Shown here: piece by piece, positions 45,653 to 56,892 of the stretch
Layout of the letters: every line of letters starts with the position of its first letter
How positions within the stretch are numbered: position 1 is the stretch's first letter
Assembly: GCA_004431415.1 (NCBI GenBank)
Contig: QPMI01000407.1
Span: 32,936 to 96,935 of the forward strand
Direction: 5' to 3'
Length of the DNA: 64,000 bases
From: Cyanophora paradoxa CCMP329
Lineage: Eukaryota > Plantae > Glaucophyta
Position numbers and translations under genes: made by a program
The notes under the pieces: model-generated
Databases searched by the model: none
What the model was told of the DNA's origin: nothing
What the model saw: only the letters and a program-made list of their open reading frames with translations

Positions 45653-45905
45653 GATTGGTCTAAAAGTTAATTGATTTAATCGATATTATATTCATGTACT
45701 TTCTCGATTAAATTTAATTAAATTTAATTCATTTAATCGGAAATATATCGCTAAACTCGATTAAGATCCATAAATGATTCATTTGTTTATATTAACAAAT
45801 CGATCTCTTATTGAATCCAATCGTAATTATACATGAAACTTATATGATTTTATCATTGTTTTGTTGAGTCTAAGGGGGGACCCTTAGGTTTTTTGAAATA
45901 ATTGG

Positions 45906-46195
45906 GTGTGACAGGTGTGACAGGTCTATCCAAAACTTTTGATAGTTCATTTTTAGGTTATTGAAAAGTTTGGGATAGACCTGTCACACCTGTCACACAA
46001 ACCATTTTCAGTAAGATCCTCTTTTATAATGAAAAACTCAGTAACAATATGAAAGAAGTTTATCTATGTAATTCTACTTAAATAAACAAATGAAATAATC
46101 GAGTGTGACAGGTGTGACAGGTCCATCCCAAACTTTTGAGAGTTCATTTTAGTGCTATAGAAAACTTTGGGATAGACCTGTCACACCTGTCACAC
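45906..46195. repeat. two tandem iteron-like palindromes (GTGTGACAG x2 .. CTGTCACAC x2)
   Basis: 45906-45998 has 35-bp arms with 1 mismatch; second copy at 46103-46195. Confidence 0.92.
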
Positions 46196-46447
46196 AAACC
46201 ATATTCAGTAAGGACCTCATATATTGTTAAAATCTCAGTGTTAGTTGGTGTAGTTGATTCAAATAATGCATTTTATACTCTGATTCATTGTTATTTCCTG
46301 TGAAATTTGAGTCAACTCAATCCACTTAGTCAACCCTTGCATTGAATTCGTAACAAAATCCATATACTATCGATTAATATGAGTCAACCTTGAGTCCACT
46401 TTAATAATAGGGGGAATCTTGGGGAGATGCTTATTAGATGCTATTAA

Positions 46448-47833
46448 TTAGCTAGTTTTGGTCCTTTCTCTTAGTGTTCTTTGAGGTTTAGGGGCTGTAT
46501 ATGACTCCTTAGTAGTCTGAAAGTCATTATACCATCTTTGGCTATTCACTTCTGAAAGTTTCTGTGTTCCTGCTATAGTGAGCTTTTTGAGTTCCCTGTT
46601 AACTTTCCCAGCCTTCTCCTTTCTAGCCTCTATCAAAGGCTTATCTGGGACTTCATTAGCAGCTTCTATGCCTTCTCTCCTTATAGAAGCATCAACCCTA
46701 GCTTCCTCTTTAGCTTGCTCCAAGGCATCCACTGTAGGGGTTTCTAGATATTCAACTGCATTCACAGGCAACAGCTCATGGAAAGCAAACCTGTTTTCTA
46801 TGATCTCACCAGTGGGACTCCTTAGCTTAAACTTAAAGCCTTCCCTACTATCAACAGTGTAAACCATCCTAGACCAATTGTTACCCTGTTTAGCAAAGGG
46901 GTTCTTCTCAACTTTCACTCTAACAAACATGCCAGGCTGCATGGTATCAAGATAAGCTATTGATTTCTTGAATCTTTCATCTTCTAATCCCACTATATAC
47001 CTATAATGCTCCTCTGTAGTTTCACCTGGCTTCATCTTAGTAGCTGAGTGAACTGTATTATTGTAATTAAACTCAATATCACCCAACACATCAAAGAATC
47101 TAGCTGTGTTATTAGCTATGCAGTAGTTTGTGATCAGTCTCTTAATCTGCTTGTTAAAGGCTTCAATTCGACCTTGGCTTCTGTGGTCTGCAGTTCCACT
47201 CACTTGGTGTTCTATGTATTTACTAGATAAATACTCCTGGAATATTCGATTTTGGAACTCACTCCCAGCATCTGATTGAACCTTTACTATGGGTCTTGCC
47301 ACTCTCATTTCAAGCTGTTTAAATGCAGCTAATGTAGTGAGAGCTGATTTATCCCTTATAGGTATGATATACCCAGTTCTCAGTGTAGATTCCATTGCAG
47401 TCATAAAGGTATCATAGCCATTGTTTTGTTTCTTATAAGCTGGGAAAAAGAGCAAATCAATCACATAGGTATCAAGGGGTTGCCTAATTGGGACCATGGG
47501 ATCTCTCTTCCTAGATATAGCAGGTGCATTGATCTGAACAACTTCTTGTTTTTTATAGAACTCTTGCAACTGCTTATAGGATTCATCAGGTAACTCAGCC
47601 CTCATAGCTTGAAGCCCTTTGTAACCAGTTCTCACATCATAGAATCTCTTGGCAATCTTGCTTGTTTCTTTCACTGCAATAGCAACTGGGATCTCTACTG
47701 GGACAAGCTCTTTCATCTCTGACTTTTTTACAATTCGAGATTCCCCCTTTTCCTCCTTTGGAACTGTGATGGGCAGTAGGTTTCCTTGCAGTTGCTCAGT
47801 GGTTCTCCTAACTATTCTTCCAGTTGCTGGCAT
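46448..47833 (-). CDS. rve (DDE) integrase, intact ORF
   Basis: FYD..TG; YVIDLL (D); VQSDAGSEF (D); QGRIEAFN (E); YNNTVHSATKMKP; PGMFVRV. Confidence 0.95.
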   Translation of the reverse strand: MPATGRIVRRTTEQLQGNLLPITVPKEEKGESRIVKKSEMKELVPVEIPVAIAVKETSKIAKRFYDVRTGYKGLQAMRAELPDESYKQLQEFYKKQEVVQINAPAISRKRDPMVPIRQPLDTYVIDLLFFPAYKKQNNGYDTFMTAMESTLRTGYIIPIRDKSALTTLAAFKQLEMRVARPIVKVQSDAGSEFQNRIFQEYLSSKYIEHQVSGTADHRSQGRIEAFNKQIKRLITNYCIANNTARFFDVLGDIEFNYNNTVHSATKMKPGETTEEHYRYIVGLEDERFKKSIAYLDTMQPGMFVRVKVEKNPFAKQGNNWSRMVYTVDSREGFKFKLRSPTGEIIENRFAFHELLPVNAVEYLETPTVDALEQAKEEARVDASIRREGIEAANEVPDKPLIEARKEKAGKVNRELKKLTIAGTQKLSEVNSQRWYNDFQTTKESYTAPKPQRTLRERTKTS

Positions 47834-47836
47834 CTC

Positions 47837-50800
47837 TTAATTAAAAGGAACAGAATTAATACCATCTGGTAAGATGTATCTCTTTGCATCAAAGCAGTTT
47901 AGGGCAACCCTTCTACTCACAGTGTCTATTATTGTGTGATCTGCCCTTCTTTTCTGCTTTGCAGTCACAGTCTTGCTGATACCTGCAAATAAACACTGCT
48001 TAAAATCATTAAATTGGAGTTCCTCAGTGGAAGTCCCAGAGAGCTTACTCCTCTCAATCTCAGCAGTTCTGAAACTGTAAACTTTTGCTCTCAGACCCAC
48101 ATACTCCAATATAGCAGAGCCAGGCATTTCATTTTTGTATTTACCTGGGGTCATTCTGGAATCACCTCCAAGGTCTAATGCATAGGATATATTCTCTATA
48201 TCTTTTTGTAGGGTCTTAGATTCGATATATAGACAAAAGGAGTCAGTATCATGGAATAGTAACTTTGCTTTTGTCCATTGGGACCTTACAGTATCATAGA
48301 AGAACTTGTAGTTATGCAGTTTGGCTGCATCCAGAACATAAGCCCCAATAGCAACTGGCTTATCTAGCTTCACATGCTTTGTGTAAAACTCAAAGGCAAC
48401 TGCTTTTTCGTTTATGGGACTTGTTGATTTCACCAATGGGGAAGCTGCATATTTCATAAACAGTTTCTCACTGTTTGCAATCTTAACCACAGATCTACCT
48501 CTGCAAGATTCAATGCATTTCCCATAGATTGAGGTATTCATGAGTTTATAGAAATCAGCCTCGAATTTATTCACTGCTTTCCTTCTCATATCAGTATTCA
48601 GCTCAATGTAGGGTTTCATTACAGGAGCCACAGTAAATGATAGGACCCTGTGAACCTTCTTTAGTTTCACCCCTTTGTCCAACAGATACTGTAGAAGAGG
48701 CTCAGAAACTACATAGTTGGTCACAGAACCAAAGGTTGCAGTTAGCTTAGGGGTTTTATCAAGCTCTTCTCCTGAGAGATCCAATAGGCTTTTTTGATAT
48801 TGTGATAATTCGGCATATTCTACTATTTTCTTGTTAATAATTAGAGGGAAATCACTGTGATCTAGAAACAGCCTAATTGGGTAATCCAGATCAACTTCTA
48901 GGAAACTGGATCTGTTATCTTGTGGGTTGAATTCGGTCTCCCATCTAAAATCACCAACTGGGATTGGCTGACTCAAACAGTAGCCATACAAGTTGTTAGC
49001 ATCAAACAGCATAATATGGGAGTTCTCACCATCAGCCTCAGCATACCTACAAGGCATTGTTGCAAAGCCACCCCTGATTCCCCTCTCAACAAATTCGTAT
49101 TGCTCTACATCACTTATAAGCTCTATTTTTGCCTTGGTGGTCCTAAGCATAGCATCCCAAGATAACCCAGGTGCAGATACATAATGAACTGGGTCAAGTC
49201 CATATACTGAGTGTGAAAGCCTTCTAAAAGCCTGGAATTTGTTCATTAACTCATCTACATCATCAGCTCCGAAATCCATGAAATTACTTGCATCAATGAA
49301 CTTGTAAAGACCCCATTGCAATGAAAGGTATTGATCAAAGTTTTTCGAAAGGATTTCGATTCGCTTTTTATCACCCATGCCTGCTATTTTTCTGAAAATG
49401 AATGTCCCACAGTCATCCATTTGGTCAACAACAACTGCAACTTTGGTTTGCTTTGAGATTCTCCTATGGAGATTGCAGTTTCTGCATGCAGGAGCAATAT
49501 AATGACCTGTGTGGTGATCATGATCCCTGCATTTGAAGTTCTCTTTGGTGAACCTCTCACTGCAAAGGTAACAGTGTTTAGTAGCCTTGTAAATTGCTTT
49601 CTGCTCATCTGTGAGTTCATTCATGGGAATATTGGTAAACAGGAAATCGATTAGCTCTCTTGCTTTGGATTCCAAGCATTCAAACAGACCTCCCATTGGA
49701 TCCTGACCCTCAAATCGAAACTCCTGAACATCTGCCCCAGTGACTATTCTAATGTTGACTGCTGAGACTTCTCTCTTGGATTTTGATGCATCAATGGGGA
49801 TGCTTCTATGTTCAATCTTGCAGTACACCACAACAGGAAGCCACACAGTTTTCCTGAGGTTTTTCAGTCCAAACTCTATGGTGGTCTCAGGTTTAGGTGT
49901 GATTCCCTTTGAGAGTCTCCAATCAATGCATCTGTTTGAGTCCACATGAGCAGTGAGTTTAGCCTCAGACCTGAATCGAGATAAGCATGTATCACAGTAG
50001 TGTAACTTTTGATCCTTGGTTTTATCAAGGGCAACTCTGAGAAGTCTTGAAAGGACATGATAGTAATATAGTGACCATTCCCTTCATCATCATGAATGAG
50101 CATTAGATTAATCTTTTGCTTTCTGCCTGGGTTGCTGGATTGATGTAGGGGATATATAACATCTCCATCCATTCCAAATATGTTTATGCTGATGCCTGCA
50201 TTTTGAGATTCGAATTTATCAATGATTTCAGCATCACAAGGAACAGGGAATGGGATATTGTCGAAATTGAGAGCCAAAGGATTGTATGTGGTTGGTGAGT
50301 ATTTCCATTTGCGATATTGTGTAAGCTCACTTCTCTTGTGGAATTTACATCTTTCCTATGGATCCATGCCAAAATGGCATTTTCAAAGCAAGAATCATCA
50401 ATATTTCGAATATTCACTGTGGCTCTCTTGGCTGCAATTGATTCTGGTGTTTTAACATAGCAGCCACCAGTTGGGCATAACTCATAATAGCAACTCTTAG
50501 CATTTCGATTCTCTCCAATCGATAGCTATCAACAACATTCATCTGTTCCTGACACATTTGGGCTGCTTTATTCAGCTCAGTTCGAATATTTCTCGATTTG
50601 GTTAATACAAAATAATCGCTGTAAATGTATTTCGATATCCAAACCTGTGGATTGCTGACTTTTACGAACTTGCAGATAAACGACAAGCGAACTTTGATTG
50701 CCCTGAATTGATCCAGACTATCTCTTAAACGTTTTGGTAGAGAGGTTGCAATTCTATCTAAATATTCAATCACATCTACCACAACTTCCCTTCTGGCTCT

Positions 50801-51031
50801 GTATGTGAGCCAGCGATATAATTCATTCATGGCTGTTCCATCTTCTGCCTCTGGTTCTATTTGCCTCAGGCGATCGAGTTCATCAAGAGTCTCAACTTTG
50901 TCATAGAGGTTATTGGCTTTTCTGGTTAATTTTGCTAAAGTGGGTCTGCCCCTTGAAATAAATCCGATTTCCCGGTCATATTCAGCCTCTGTGATTTCAT
51001 GGGCTGCATACAGTGTTCCCAGTAATCCCAT
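47837..51031 (-). CDS. protein-primed DNA polymerase B with endonuclease VII-like insert; N-terminal part frameshifted
   Basis: CYLC..RDHDHHTG.Y...AC..CNL; YVSAPGLSWDAML; RGIRGG; DANNLYG; KLMNTSIYGK; HDTDSF; GLRAKVY. Upstream fragments N.DDSCF..AIL, FPV....I.KFE.QN.ISINIF and GHY are typical of Polinton pPolB N-termini. Confidence 0.92.
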
Positions 51032-51186
51032 GAGTTCCCATTTCTTCTCTCTAATGAGTCTGTTGCTAATTCGGCATAGTTCCTAACTTGTTCCTACTAA
51101 AAGGGAGGTTTTAAATGGGATATTCCGAACGCGAAAATACTTAAAGGAATTTTATATTGTATATATATAGAAGCCAAATAGCAAGA

Positions 51187-51522
51187 ATGAATCCGGACGG
51201 TCAAAGAACGCTTAGTATTTCAGCCATCATGAGAAGTATTAAAGAAAGAAATGAATCCTGTGAAAACTCAGAATATAAACGAATTCTATGCAGTTTATGT
51301 AAATGTGATGAGACTAGCTATGATCAGTTTGTATGTGATCAATGCTTCAAGACAGTCTGTATAGGATGCATGAAACAGCAAGAGGAAATAGTCGGAATAC
51401 AAAATGCCCATTCTGTAGAAACACATTACAGTATCCAGAGTTCACCTTGTTCAACATTCTGGACTACAATGCATGTGATGTTGAAACAATTACATTTGGC
51501 TGAGCAACAAAAAATGATTTAA
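51187..51522 (+). CDS. small Cys-rich viral hypothetical protein
   Basis: CSLC, CDQC, CIGC; preceded by an ACTTAAAG..TATATATA motif. Confidence 0.55.
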   Translation: MNPDGQRTLSISAIMRSIKERNESCENSEYKRILCSLCKCDETSYDQFVCDQCFKTVCIGCMKQQEEIVGIQNAHSVETHYSIQSSPCSTFWTTMHVMLKQLHLAEQQKMI

Positions 51523-51559
51523 AGAATTCTCTATATATATTAAGAGAGACAGAGGAAAA

Positions 51560-51810
51560 ATGCCACTCAGTGAAGCCAGAAGAGAGCTATGAAGAGATAC
51601 AGCAAACTGAAAAAGGTAAGGCTCAAATCAAAAAGTTTAACGAAAAAATAGCCACACAGCTTAGAGATCTATATCAAACGATGATACCTATAGAGCCATG
51701 AAAATAGCCAGTTCATGTCAGCGAAAGTATGCAGCCAATGCAGTCTGCTTTGTAAAATATTTATATGATGTCCCTTACTCAAATCGAGGGAGAAAATTGA
51801 AACATGTCTA
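51560..51810 (+). pseudogene. small basic protein (LYQxDDTYR motif), frameshifted
   Basis: Reassembles to MPLSEA..RAMKRY..TEKGK..RDLYQ.DDTYRAMK. Confidence 0.5.
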
Positions 51811-52019
51811 AATTATTTTTCCCAGCATATTACTAGGCTGGGATATGCTGTTTATTCGCTGAAATACCCATTCATCCTTTTGTATCTAAACCACTCGATA
51901 AGTCGTGTGGAAATATTTCGTAGGATACTTCTCGATTTCCAACAAAAAATGATTGGGGGACCCAAAACTACTTAAAGAAAAATCTTCTATATATATAAAA
52001 GGACCCCCAATCGCTGAAA

Positions 52020-54330
52020 ATGAACGCCAAACAGACTAAATCGCTCAAATCGCTCGCTAACTGCTCAGATCTGATGAGGATCTAGCCAAAAACATGATTA
52101 TCCAGTGAAACCTGACAGCAAAGACCCTGTTTTCAAGCATAAGGGAGTGCTTGGTCCTGGGAAAAGTATGAGGAAGCGCTGGCAACTAATCAGTATGTAT
52201 CTTGGGGCATTCTGCTCTCAGACAACATGATGGTTATTGACTTTGATGATGAGGAGAACTTTGAGAAATTCCGGATATGTTTCCTGATGACTTTGATGCC
52301 AATCAACCCATGGCAAAAACTAAAAAAGGCTATCATGTCTACTTTAAACGACCTGAGGAGTTCACTAAACTCAAAATCACCGATAAGGCTCCAGGCTTTA
52401 AAGGCTTTGAAAAGGTTGACCTGAAAACAATCACTGGAACTGGAACTTCTGGATTGATCAATGTGTGTCCCAGTGTCAACAAGGCTTGGGTGATCTCCCC
52501 ATGGGATGATACCTGTGATTTCAATGAGCCTACTGATGACTTCAAAAAGTGGATTATAGATAACTACATCTATAAGAGTGAGTATACTGCTAATGCTACC
52601 TCATATGATGAACTTGAAAACAATATTATCAAAGAGCTGGTGGATATGGGATTTATGCATCCCAATATAATCTCTAAAACTGAACTTGGCTTTAACTTTG
52701 ATGCTGCTAACAAGGACTCAATTGCCCATGCTGCAATGGTTCACATGAATCGAATAACTGGTATGTTATGAAAGCTAAAGGAGATGATAACAAATACATT
52801 GTGTCAAGCTACAGTGGAAATTGCAAAAAACGATTCATCTGCATTGGAATGCAATCTGATATCTTTAATCTTATAGATAAATCCGCTGGTTCTGGTGGCG
52901 CTCATTATGATGTAGTTTAGTATGCAAAGGTTCTTAAACATACATGGAGATACTCCAAAAAGTCATGGTTCAAACTCAATACTGATACTGGATTTGGGAG
53001 CTTGATGACACAAACCTAAGATTTACCTAGATATAAGCCGTCTTGTTGTCCCCCATACCTTGGAAGGGCTGTGCATTATAGTCAAAGAGCTTTAAAGGAT
53101 GAGGAACAAAGCAGCTTTCGAAGAAAGATCCAAAACATTGATGCCATTGCCAAAAATCTTAAACAATCAGGATTTCGCAAATCCCTTCTGACTGACTTGG
53201 TCCCACTGCTGAATGATGATGATTCTTTGAGAAGATTGACACTGTACCATATGTGATTGGATTCGAAAATGGTTATTGATCTACAACTATGACTTTCAGA
53301 AAGGGTAAACTGGAAGATATGGTGAGCAAGACTGTGGGTTATGACTATACTGAAAATGTAGACCCCAAGAAAATAGAGCATCTCAATCAGATTTATAAAG
53401 AGATTGTGGATGATCCAGCAGAGCGAAAGTATCTTCTGGCATCATTGCAATTGCCTTAGTGGATCAACTAAATCCCAGAAGTTCTATATGTGGACTGGTG
53501 CTGGTGCTAATGGTAAATCACTTGTTCAGGAATACTGCAAACAGATATCTGGTCGCTATTACAGCCCTCTCGAAATATCCTATTGGACTAAGCCTAAAAA
53601 GAACTCATCAGAGGCTACTCCTGAACTTGCCAAACTTCTTGGAAAGCGACTTGTATTCAGTAATGAGGCTGAAGATGGTGATAAACTGCAGATCTCCAAG
53701 ATTAAGGAGGTCACAGGTGGAAATGAAATGACTGTGAGAGCCTTGTTCAAAGACCCAGTTATCCTTACCCAATGTTTCAGGTCTACATTACAACTAATGA
53801 CAATTTGACTATAAATAAACCAGACTTTGCAATTCAAAGAAGACTTTCCTATCAGAGATTCAATAATATATTCAGAGAGAAGCCAGAAGCTGGTCAAAAG
53901 AAAGCTGACCCAACTCTGTTCACACTTCTACACAATGATGATGAGTATAAGATGGCTCACATGAAGATATTACTGGATATGTGGAAGAACAAAGAGGTTG
54001 AAGAGATCTTAAGAAGTCCCCCTCAATCGATTATTGAACAGGGAATTAACTTTATAGCTGAAAATGATAAGATTGGTGAATGGCTTCGAGATAATTTCGA
54101 GGTTACACATAATGCTAACGACTTTGTTTCCAGTGATATCATTTACAAATCATACAAAAGTGTTGATGATAAAGTTGAATGTGTATCTGTTATGAAAAGA
54201 GTAAGGGAGATCTTCAATGTTAAATCAGAGAAAACGAGTTAATGATTCTTGCCAGAGGATATATTGGACTTCGAAAGATAACAAGGGTTCAAGGAAGACA
54301 ATGAAGTGATGCCGAATATTAAACAAAACG
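52020..54330 (+). CDS. bifunctional PrimPol (AEP) fused to D5-like SF3 helicase, several frameshifts
   Basis: VIDFDD, KTKKGYHVYF and VDLK (AEP motifs); WTGAGANGKS Walker A; LVFSNEAE Walker B; ITTND motif C; AIQRR. Confidence 0.88.
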
Positions 54331-54363
54331 ATTAATGATTGAGATTTATATGTATTTTTATAG

Positions 54364-54482
54364 CCTTACTGAAAATGGTTTGTGTGACAGGTGTCACAGG
54401 TCCATCCCAAGGAAAGCCCTGGTGAAAAGTTGATTTTCAAAATCGATGGGATAGACCTGTCACACCTGTCACACCTGTCACA
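54364..54482. repeat. third iteron-like palindrome, inverted relative to copies 1-2
   Basis: CTTACTGAAAATGGTTTGTGTGACAGG is the reverse complement of 45989-46015; the right arm has CCTGTCACA x3. Confidence 0.9.
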
Positions 54483-54883
54483 ACACCTATCGAAAAAGAC
54501 CAAAATTTGACAAGAATACTTAAGGCTTACTTGATTGTGTATAGTGAAGACAAAATGGCAAAGACTCTTGATGAGATGACCATGACTGAGTTAGATAAAT
54601 GCATAAAGCATGGAGATATAGGGGCATATATCGAAATGTCACAGAGATTGATAGGTTACAATATGTATGCAGCAAACCAAAGAGAAATAGATCAGTAAAC
54701 ATTCACATAACTGTTTCAGTGTCTGAGAATGCAAACAAAAAACAACAAAAGCATATTTACAAAAGTTATCTGTGACTTGATTGCAAGTATAAAGCCAATT
54801 CCTTTGTATATATTTTTATAGCTGCCTCAGTGCATACTGAGACCGCTTTTTCTCAATTATCTTATAGACCTGGGGGTCCATTG

Positions 54884-55066
54884 CTACTTCAGTTGGCAAA
54901 TAATATTTAATCGGTCTCCTCTGGGTCTCTGCTCCTCTTTTTGGGCTTTTCTGCGATAATAGGATGCCAGGGCTTGCTGCTTTTTATACTCTCTATATGC
55001 TGGGTCCTCTCTATATCGTTTCTGCATTGCTAGAATGTGTCTAATAGACCCTCAGTAAAGGTTCAT
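54884..55066 (-). pseudogene. small basic protein (RYREDPAYR), frameshifted
   Basis: QKRYREDPAYREYKKQQALASYYRRK resembles 30509-30784. Confidence 0.55.
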
Positions 55067-55086
55067 CACTGGTAAACTCGATTAAA

Positions 55087-55359
55087 CTAATAGTATCCTC
55101 CATTTATATTCCCAGAGAAAACGTTTTCTGCTGGCAGAGAACTTCTCCTTGGATACTCCTGTTGCTCATATGTATACTCTGTGGGGTCTGCTGGCATTGA
55201 CTCCACAGAAACTGTTGATCTCCTTCTCTCTCTTGCTTCTGAGGCATTATCCTCATTATCTGACATCTCAAACTCCACTGTTGTCTCACAACATCCACTG
55301 TGGCAATTGCTCACCACATGCAGACTGAACATCTCGAAGAACTTTCGTATTATGTCCAT
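55087..55359 (-). CDS. viral hypothetical protein (90 aa)
   Basis: ORF in a gene-dense block, codirectional with its neighbours. Confidence 0.5.
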   Translation of the reverse strand: MDIIRKFFEMFSLHVVSNCHSGCCETTVEFEMSDNEDNASEARERRRSTVSVESMPADPTEYTYEQQEYPRRSSLPAENVFSGNINGGYY

Positions 55360-55379
55360 ATCTCTAATAAAACAGAGAA

Positions 55380-56105
55380 AATTAAAGCCAAACTCGTCTT
55401 TTATATACTGTTGGGGCTACTCCCTTTTCTACTTCAGCTTTGGTGGCACCAGGTTCAATGGTTCCCTTTTGGGTTTTGTTTTCATTTCATCTACTGCCTG
55501 CTCATCGATTTGGTTCTCTTTCTTAGCAATAAACTGTTTATCTGGGACACCAGTAATCCCATTTTATAAACTTCCTTTCGAAGCATCTCCTTTAGCTTGG
55601 CTCTCTCTTTCTTCTCAGTAACATACTGCTCCAAGGCACTGATTTGGCTTCCAGATCTTTGAGTTTAGCAGTCATCTCATCCCATTGAGCCTTGGGAATT
55701 CGATGAATATTTTGAGTGGGAGCAGTCTTGTATGTGACTTCACCAGCCATAGACTGATTACCTTGTCTGATTCCTTACTAAGACCTTCACCTTTGCGAGC
55801 CAGTGAAGATCTTGCAAGCCTAAACCTTTATCATCAGCAGCACCAATAATTCGCCTGGCACCCTCAGCAACAGCTTTCATTTTGAGGCTTCTGGTGAGAT
55901 GTTGAGTTGGTCACTGGTTGAAGCTGTGGGGCTTTGTCATCGACTGATTCCTCATAGGCAGCATTAAGGGGTCTTCTTGTTGTGAGGGCTTCACCTCATT
56001 CATACCATTGAATTTCATTGGTTCAGTGTTAATGGATCCATTGTTTCCACCACCTGAATAGCCAACAGCCCCAGCTGGGATCCCTATCTTTCGTTTGGGA
56101 GGCAT
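55380..56105 (-). CDS. homologue of 28871-29509, frameshifted
   Basis: Syntenic position after the ATPase; shared TAKLKDLEA and EKKERAK motifs. Confidence 0.6.
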
Positions 56106-56183
56106 TGTATCTTTATTAGAATGAGAGATAATTTTATAAACCGCGTTTATATCGCATCAATTTATTGCTATGGACTTGGCTTT

Positions 56184-56879
56184 TCACTTCTTTGGGGCTT
56201 CCTCTTTCTCTGGTGGTTTCAGTTCATCTTCTTTCTTTTTTGGCTTCCTGTGGAAGCGAGGAAATGGGAAATCTTTCACAAGCTCAGCTTTATCTACATA
56301 GTATTTAACTGAGTAGTTTGCAGAGGACCAAATGATATACTGATAGGAGTGAACATACTCTTCAAACATCTTGTAAAATCCTCTTTATTTCGCATTATAT
56401 TGTATTCTTCCTCTATGGCTTCAAGTTCTTTGCGATTAGCAGCACTTAGAAACAGCATAATCAGAATTAACTCGAATAGTCGAAGAGACTTTCTTAGCTT
56501 TTGTGTGATGCAGATAATGGATATTTTCGAATGGCGACCTCTGGAATACAGAGATCCAATTTTCTTGTGAGAATCACTATCTCATTATCATTAAATCATC
56601 TAAAACAACACACATGGTTAACAGGTTCACCTTTTTCGATTTTCTCTTGCCTTTCATCTAGCAATTTAGCAATGTAAGCATCCCATTTTCCAGTTGCACT
56701 GTTGCAACTTTCCAGAAATGATTGAAGCTGGTTCCACTCACAACTAACAACATCAATCTTTTTGGCATCATGTAATTGCTTTAACCAATACTTTACACAG
56801 CTTTTTTCCAGTACATTTTTGCCTATAAAAATGGCTCTGAACATTTCATTTCAGAAACATTAATCTTCAAATCTTGCAT
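56184..56879 (-). CDS. A32-like packaging ATPase, frameshifted
   Basis: FRAIFIGK..GKS region, GRHSKISIICITQKL, IR.NSDY, EEYVHSYQ align with the element-1 ATPase. Confidence 0.8.
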
Positions 56880-56892
56880 TGTTGTATATCTT

